From NCBI GenBank assembly GCA_001563915.1, contig LKMP01000018.1, positions 1 to 11,881 on the forward strand: a stretch of DNA of 11,881 nt, in the 5' to 3' direction. A program made the position numbers and the translations under genes. This document shows, piece by piece, positions 7,213 through 11,881 of the stretch. Every line of letters starts with the position of its first letter. The stretch's first letter is position 1. The notes below the pieces were generated by a model that was given only the letters and a program-made list of their open reading frames with translations, did no database searches and was not told the origin of the DNA. This DNA is from Nanohaloarchaea archaeon B1-Br10_U2g21 (lineage in GTDB: Archaea > Nanohalarchaeota > Nanosalinia > Nanosalinales > Nanosalinaceae).

Positions 7213-8175
7213 TTATTGTTGTAAATACTGTTCTATATGATTAAACGCGTCTTTAGCTACTTTTTCAGAGTCTTTTGTTGAAATAACTTCAGGCTCAGGT
7301 ATTGTTTTGAATTTAAAGTATTCTTGCATTCTAATAGGATTCACATTACCATCCGCAACACCTTTTCTGAATTCTGTCCGAATTTCTCTAAAAATTTCAT
7401 CTAAGGGGCTTGGTAAACTTTCTACATCAAGTTGTCTTACCATGTTGTTGCCCGATATAAAATAATCCGTTATATCTTCATTTTCAGTCAAGTAGAGATT
7501 ATTTATCTGATCTGAAAAAGATCTGGCGGCTTCAGAAAGTAGAGCGGACTCAACAGACATCATTTCTTCTTCTACTGTTTCTCTCATATTAGTGCCTATC
7601 TGAGTATCATCATACTCGTCTTCAAAAACTGTTCGCTCAAAATCTATAAGCCTAGCATCATCGTCTGCGCCTTTAAGCATGACGTTAGCAACATAATGCG
7701 TGTTCGCAAAGTCGCCATGAGCCTCAGTACGCGTTATATCGTCATGCATAATCCCCACATCCCATATAGAACCTAGAGTATTCCCTATAGAACATGCATA
7801 ATCCAGAAATGCGTCAAAACCATCGTAATTTAGATCCTCTACCATACCATAATCTGCTAAAAACTCCATTCCGATGATCTGGTCGCCATAATCATTTTCC
7901 CTCACATAATACACTTCAGGACCTACCCCTAATGTCTCTATAAGTAATGTATATGGCAGTTCTGTGTCTGTCTTCATTTTCTTCTCTAGTATGGGCTCAT
8001 CAAAACCCTCGGATTCCCCTACCCTCACAACAGCCTCATTAGCGAACGTGTCTGAGTAGTATCCTTCTATCAGATTATCTTCCTTAAATCTCTTTAACTG
8101 CTCAGCCCCTTCTAAATCATACCAGTCAACCTCAATTTCGCTAGGTATATCAGGATCAAGATTTAGAACTTGCAT
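7213..8175 (-). CDS. Atypical protein-kinase-like fold protein (Bud32/RIO/Kdo-kinase-like), very acidic, 320 aa
   Basis: ANEAVV (cf. GAEAxV), ILEKK (beta3 Lys), LGVGPEVYYV...IIGMEFL hinge (cf. GVPTP.V....IVMEY), GIMHDDIT...NVML catalytic loop and RLIDFE metal-binding motif. Confidence 0.72.
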   Translation of the reverse strand: MQVLNLDPDIPSEIEVDWYDLEGAEQLKRFKEDNLIEGYYSDTFANEAVVRVGESEGFDEPILEKKMKTDTELPYTLLIETLGVGPEVYYVRENDYGDQIIGMEFLADYGMVEDLNYDGFDAFLDYACSIGNTLGSIWDVGIMHDDITRTEAHGDFANTHYVANVMLKGADDDARLIDFERTVFEDEYDDTQIGTNMRETVEEEMMSVESALLSEAARSFSDQINNLYLTENEDITDYFISGNNMVRQLDVESLPSPLDEIFREIRTEFRKGVADGNVNPIRMQEYFKFKTIPEPEVISTKDSEKVAKDAFNHIEQYLQQ

Positions 8176-8198
8176 ACAACAAATTCATTAAACAGAAA

Positions 8199-8224
8199 CA
8201 AATAAAGATGTTACTATATAGTAA
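8199..8224 (-). promoter_or_regulatory. Putative TATA box of the kinase gene plus an adjacent perfect 14-bp palindrome
   Basis: TTTATTTG (minus, 8199-8206) 24-31 nt upstream of ATG 8175; palindrome TTACTATATAGTAA at 8211-8224. Confidence 0.5.
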
Positions 8225-8228
8225 AAAA
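8223..8228 (-). terminator. Possible archaeal oligo-T terminator of trm56
   Basis: T6 run on the minus strand immediately after the trm56 TGA stop. Confidence 0.35.
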
Positions 8229-8738
8229 TCATTGTTTTCTTGTATACTTCTCCGTTTCAGAAGGCTCAACCCACACCTTAGCCCCATCGAAACTCTCTCT
8301 AATGCCTTTCAAACGATCCATGAAAACAGCAAGAGCCGCTATTTCACTATGCGGCTGATTCCCAACAGAAATATTATAGTCAACATTATGGTAAACCCAT
8401 CTTGGCACTTTCTCAGAACCAATAACGACTAGCAAATCATCTTTAAACTGTTTCTTCAAGTTCTCTAACTCATCATCCAACTTTAGCCCATACATAGTCA
8501 GATGAACCTTCAGGCCTTCAAAACCTCTTATCTCACTTTTCCAATCCTCATTATACCTAACTTCTGTGTGGCCTCCCCAGCGCTCAATTATATCTCTCTG
8601 ACTTTCCAGCATCTTATCATCTTTTTCCCCTGAGAAGACTACCTCCTTAGCACCCCACTGTCTTGCTGTCAGACCTACATGCGTAGATATTCTATCATCA
8701 CGCCCTCTCCGGTGTCCAAGTCTTAGGACTTTAATCAT
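8229..8738 (-). CDS. trm56: tRNA (cytidine56-2'-O)-methyltransferase aTrm56 (SPOUT), 169 aa
   Basis: VLRLGHR..RD.RISTHVGLTAR..GA, VHLTMYG, VVIGSEKVP, DYNISVGNQPHSEIAALAVF.DRL. Archaea-specific family. TATA-like CTTAATAG at 8761-8768 (minus). Confidence 0.96.
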   Translation of the reverse strand: MIKVLRLGHRRGRDDRISTHVGLTARQWGAKEVVFSGEKDDKMLESQRDIIERWGGHTEVRYNEDWKSEIRGFEGLKVHLTMYGLKLDDELENLKKQFKDDLLVVIGSEKVPRWVYHNVDYNISVGNQPHSEIAALAVFMDRLKGIRESFDGAKVWVEPSETEKYTRKQ

Positions 8739-8877
8739 GATAAAATGAAATAGAGTTAGACTATTAAGAACAAGAGTCCAACTTCAACTACAATGAAGGG
8801 CGGATACTTTACCCCGAAACTTATTCAACAGACCTAGATTTAACTCTAGTCATTCAAAAACTTCTCATAAACTTTAC

Positions 8878-8882
8878 AGGAG
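8878..8882 (+). promoter_or_regulatory. Shine-Dalgarno-like site of thrS
   Basis: AGGAG ends 6 nt before ATG 8889. Confidence 0.55.
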
Positions 8883-8888
8883 ATCTCA

Positions 8889-10811
8889 ATGATTGAAGTT
8901 ATATTGCCCGATGGCTCTAGTTTAGAATTAGAAGAAAACTCAACATTAGAAGACACAGCCTACAAAATAGGGACGGGTCTTGGCGATGCAACAATAGCGG
9001 GAAAAATAAACGGCGAATTAGTAGCGAAAGAAGCAACAGTAAGTGACGGCGACGAAGTAGAGATAGTAACCTCACAGAGCGAAGAATATATTGATGTTCT
9101 GCGACATAGTACGGCACACATATTCGCACAAGCATTGAAAAGATTATACCCTGGTGCAAAACTGACAATAGGCCCTTGGACAGACAAAGGATTCTACTAT
9201 GACATCGAAATAGATGGCGGACTTGAAAAAGAAGATCTAAATGAAATAGAAGACGAAATGCAAGAAATCGTAGACGAAGACCTCGAAATTGAGAGAACCG
9301 CACTCTCAAGAAAAGAAGCAGAAAAATTCTACGAAAAAAATGAATACAAGCTTGAAATACTCAATGAAGAAGCCTCTGGAGACGATAAAATCTCTTTTTA
9401 TAAACAAAAAGAATTCAAGGATTTGTGTAAAGGCCCTCATGTATCAAGTACTGGAGAAGTAGAAGCCTTCAAATTATTAGAGATTGCCGGCGCTTATTGG
9501 AGAGGAGATGAAGAAAATAAGATGCTTACGCGCGTTTATGGTACGGCATTCTCGTCTGAAAAAGATTTAGAAGAGTTTTTAGAACAACGAGAAGAGGCTG
9601 AGAAACGAGATCACCGAAAGATTGGTCAGAACATGGACTTATTTTCGATTCCAGATCATTCTCCAGGCTGTGTGCATTTTCATCCTAATGGAATGAGCAT
9701 TAGAAGAGAATTAGAGGACTTTATACGAGTTAAAAATGATAAACTAGGTTATACTGAAGTAAAAACCCCTGAACTGAATAAAGCCAAATTATGGAAGAAG
9801 ACAGGCCATTATAAAGCATTTAAAGAAAAAGGAGAGATGTTTGCCTGGGAACAAGATGAATCAGAATGGGGATTAAAACCTATGAATTGTGCAAATCACG
9901 CACATATCTTTAATTCTCAGAAGAGATCTTACAAAGACTTACCCATCAAGCTTTCAGAGTTCGGAACCTGTTATAGAAATGAACAATCAGGAGAACTCTC
10001 AGGACTTCTGCGTGTAAGAGGTTTTACACAGGACGACGGTCACGGATTCATAAGACCTGATCAGATTGAAGAGGAAGTCATAAAGACGTTAGAAATAATA
10101 ATGGAGACTACAAAGGCTTTTGACTTCGATTTAAATATTGTATTAGAAACTAAGCCCGAAAAAGCTCAAGGACCCGATGAACTCTGGGAAGATGCTGAAG
10201 AATCTCTCAAAAAAGCTCTTGAAAGCATTGACATGGAATACTCCATTAATGACGGAGAAGGAGCATTTTATGGACCAAAGATTGGCGTAGAAGCTGAAGA
10301 CGCTATCGGCCGTAAATGGCAAATAGGTACCGTCCAGCTTGACTTTGTAATTCCTAGAAACTTTGGCCTAACATACGTAGGCGAAGATAACGAAGAGCAC
10401 GTTCCCGTAATGGTTCACCGAGCACTGCTTGGATCTCTTGAACGATTCATGGGCGTTATGATAGAACACTTTGCTGGAAACTTTCCAACTTGGCTCGCGC
10501 CCGAACAAATCAGAATTCTGCCTGTAAGCGATGAAAACCTCAAATACGCAGAGCAAATTAAGGAACAACTCTCAGACTTCAGAGTTGAAATAGAGGATCG
10601 TAGCTGGACAGTTGGGAAAAAGATTCAAGCAGCTCACGATGACAAAACTCCCTACATGATTATTGTCGGCGATAATGAGGAACAGGCCTCCGAAATATCC
10701 GTACGAGATAGATTTGAAAATGAGGGACGAGGATTTACGACTGAAGAATTTATAGATCATATCGAGGATGAAGTTAAGGAAAAAAGGTTGAGCCCTGATT
10801 TTCTGAAATAA
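8889..10811 (+). CDS. thrS: Threonine--tRNA ligase, bacterial/eukaryal-type architecture (TGS + N2 editing + class II core + anticodon-binding domain), 640 aa
   Basis: TGS (LPDGS), editing motifs RHSTAH and DLCKGPH, GAYWRGD, RDHRKIG, KPMNC, motif 2 YRNEQSGELSGLLRVRGFTQDDGH, FYGPK, QLDF, motif 3 HRALLGSLERF, WLAPEQ. Confidence 0.98.
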   Translation: MIEVILPDGSSLELEENSTLEDTAYKIGTGLGDATIAGKINGELVAKEATVSDGDEVEIVTSQSEEYIDVLRHSTAHIFAQALKRLYPGAKLTIGPWTDKGFYYDIEIDGGLEKEDLNEIEDEMQEIVDEDLEIERTALSRKEAEKFYEKNEYKLEILNEEASGDDKISFYKQKEFKDLCKGPHVSSTGEVEAFKLLEIAGAYWRGDEENKMLTRVYGTAFSSEKDLEEFLEQREEAEKRDHRKIGQNMDLFSIPDHSPGCVHFHPNGMSIRRELEDFIRVKNDKLGYTEVKTPELNKAKLWKKTGHYKAFKEKGEMFAWEQDESEWGLKPMNCANHAHIFNSQKRSYKDLPIKLSEFGTCYRNEQSGELSGLLRVRGFTQDDGHGFIRPDQIEEEVIKTLEIIMETTKAFDFDLNIVLETKPEKAQGPDELWEDAEESLKKALESIDMEYSINDGEGAFYGPKIGVEAEDAIGRKWQIGTVQLDFVIPRNFGLTYVGEDNEEHVPVMVHRALLGSLERFMGVMIEHFAGNFPTWLAPEQIRILPVSDENLKYAEQIKEQLSDFRVEIEDRSWTVGKKIQAAHDDKTPYMIIVGDNEEQASEISVRDRFENEGRGFTTEEFIDHIEDEVKEKRLSPDFLK

Positions 10812-10944
10812 ACAGGAAGCTAGCTAAGCGGTCTTCCATGAGGTATTGAGAACTTCGTTAGTAGGCTAGAATTTTTGTAGACTCAGTCATAATATTAGTG
10901 ATTATACCTCGAGACTTTAGTGCTGTAAGACTTTTAACAGCGGT

Positions 10945-11058
10945 TCAAAGCTGCTCTTCTTCTGCTAGTTCTTCAACACCTTCTATGCCTGCATAAATTT
11001 CCTCAAAATACTGGGCTTAGAGAACTATAAATCTTAAAATTTCTGTAAATTCGAGTAC
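10945..11058 (-). pseudogene. Possible degraded remnant of a small acidic protein gene
   Basis: One minus-strand frame reads VLEFTEILRFIVL*AQYFEEIYAGIEGVEELAEEEQL*, with 8 Glu in the last 23 residues and GAA-rich codons like host genes. No start codon; internal TAA at 11017-11019. Confidence 0.3.
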
Positions 11059-11102
11059 TCAAGTAAAAATTGGAGGAATTTTTAGACAAAAACCTTTTCG
11101 GA

Positions 11103-11110
11103 TTTAAAAG
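11103..11110 (+). promoter_or_regulatory. Putative TATA box of the rps19e operon
   Basis: TTTAAAAG 23-30 nt upstream of ATG 11133. Confidence 0.6.
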
Positions 11111-11132
11111 TTTTTCAAGTAAATCTAGATGT

Positions 11133-11537
11133 ATGAGTACAGTATATGATGTAAAGGCTGATTCACTAATCCGAGAAGTAGCAGAGGAACTGGAGGATGA
11201 GTTCGATGCACCAGAATGGACAAACTTTGTCAAGACTGGAGTTACTAAGGAGCGACCTCCTCAGCAAGAAAACTGGTACCACATCAGAGCCGCAGCAATA
11301 CTCAGAAAAATATACACTGATGGCCCTTTAGGAGTTTCAAGACTCAGAACAATCTTCGGAGACCGAGCCAACCACGGCCACGGACCTGAACACCACGGGA
11401 AGGCCTCAGGAAAAATAATTAGAACCTGTCTCCAAAACCTGGAGGAAGCAGGCCTATTAGAATCTGAAGAAGGCGAAGGACGAAGAATCACTGAAAAAGG
11501 CAGAGGCCTGCTTGACTCAAAAGCAGGAAGCCTCTAA
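11133..11537 (+). CDS. rps19e: 30S ribosomal protein S19e (true start ATG 11133, 134 aa)
   Basis: MSTVYDV, PEWTNFVKTG..KERPP.QENWY.IRAAAILRKIY..GPLGV.RLR..FG, SGKIIR..LQ.LE.AGL, GRRIT.KG. The 21-codon extension from TTG 11070 in the ORF track is not S19e-like and contains the TATA box. Confidence 0.97.
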   Translation: MSTVYDVKADSLIREVAEELEDEFDAPEWTNFVKTGVTKERPPQQENWYHIRAAAILRKIYTDGPLGVSRLRTIFGDRANHGHGPEHHGKASGKIIRTCLQNLEEAGLLESEEGEGRRITEKGRGLLDSKAGSL

Positions 11538-11836
11538 TGGAAGAAGAAGATCTGAAAAAACTCAGAGAAGAGAGAGAAAAAGAGCTTCAAGAACCTGAAG
11601 AAGAACAAAGGAAACAGATCAAAGGCCTTGCGAGAGAATATTTAACAGGAGAAGCACGTTCAAGACTTGCAAACGTTCGTACCGCTCGGCCTGAACAGGC
11701 TTCTATGATTGAAGCTCAAATAGTAAAGCTCGGTATGAGCGGCGCAATCAATGGTAAACTCAGTGACGATAGATTGAAGCAGATGTTGAAGGACTTGAGT
11801 CAAAAAGATTCGGATACGAACATAAAGTACAGGTAA
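11537..11836 (+). CDS. PDCD5/TFAR19-like DNA-binding protein, 99 aa
   Basis: LKKLRE.R..ELQ, LTGEARSRLANVRTARPE.A..IE.QI..L...G.I.GKLSDD.LKQML. TAATG overlap with rps19e. Conserved archaeal position after rps19e. Confidence 0.92.
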   Translation: MEEEDLKKLREEREKELQEPEEEQRKQIKGLAREYLTGEARSRLANVRTARPEQASMIEAQIVKLGMSGAINGKLSDDRLKQMLKDLSQKDSDTNIKYR

Positions 11837-11853
11837 AAAGAGGAAAAAATACT

Positions 11854-11881
11854 ATGGCATCAAATAAGTCAAAGGGAAAAA
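11854..11881 (+). CDS. rpl39e: Start of 50S ribosomal protein L39e (truncated by the window edge)
   Basis: ATG 11854 reads MASNKSKGK..., resembling the L39e N-terminus. GAGGA at 11840-11844. Matches the conserved rps19e-PDCD5-rpl39e order. Confidence 0.7.

Noticed and set aside
7213-8175. Calling the kinase the KEOPS subunit bud32
   Set aside because: Too long, non-canonical catalytic loop, DFE instead of DFG, no basic C-terminal RGRY tail, and no kae1/cgi121 nearby.
8208-8432. 74-aa plus-strand ORF
   Set aside because: Antisense to the conserved trm56 C-terminus.
8744-8854. MITE bounded by inverted repeats
   Set aside because: The arms are imperfect with gaps, there is no target-site duplication or second copy in the window, and the left arm overlaps the trm56 promoter.
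8917-10760. Four minus-strand ORFs inside thrS (8917-9309, 8960-9187, 10368-10568, 10572-10760)
   Set aside because: Antisense shadows of a highly conserved gene; no motifs.
10890-10965. tRNA gene around the GGTTCAAAGC T-loop-like motif
   Set aside because: No complementary acceptor stem, D-arm or correctly spaced anticodon arm.
10813-11020. Possible minimal RNase P RNA (AGGAAG... at the 5' end and ...CAAAATACTGGGCTTA at the 3' end loosely recall CR-I and CR-V)
   Set aside because: No GAGGAAAGUCC-type motif, P4 with its bulged U cannot be formed canonically, and the region is AT-rich. An Rfam RNaseP_arch search would settle it.
11070-11132. N-terminal extension of S19e from TTG 11070
   Set aside because: Family homology starts at MSTVYDV (11133) and the extension contains the TATA box.
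11003-11491. Two 76-aa minus-strand ORFs (11003-11233, 11261-11491)
   Set aside because: Antisense to rps19e and its promoter; Ser-rich shadow composition.

Overview
Compact, gene-dense, AT-rich archaeal window with a strongly acidic proteome. Most genes have a TATA-like box 22-31 nt upstream of the ATG, suggesting leaderless mRNAs, and one gene has a G|QSAIEYLMTYGW class III pilin signal. Together these point to a halophilic DPANN archaeon, probably Nanohaloarchaeota (inference). Gene order: 3' end of a probable AddB-like protein coupled to an AddA-like UvrD helicase-PD-(D/E)XK nuclease; a pilin-signal/DUF285 (BspA-like) repeat surface protein; a DUF59/SufT-like Fe-S assembly factor; then a tRNA-maturation/translation cluster (rnp4, trmG10/Trm11, rnz, trm56, bacterial-type thrS, rps19e, PDCD5-like protein, start of rpl39e). 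The cluster is interrupted by two orphans on the minus strand: a 138-aa acidic protein and a 320-aa Bud32/RIO-like kinase with an unusual catalytic-loop insertion. The best candidates for follow-up are the pilin-fused DUF285 adhesin, the atypical kinase and its palindrome-bearing promoter, a centred bidirectional TATA box, the structured thrS leader and the unexplained 321-bp thrS-rps19e spacer. No CRISPR array, mobile element, rRNA or tRNA could be supported.
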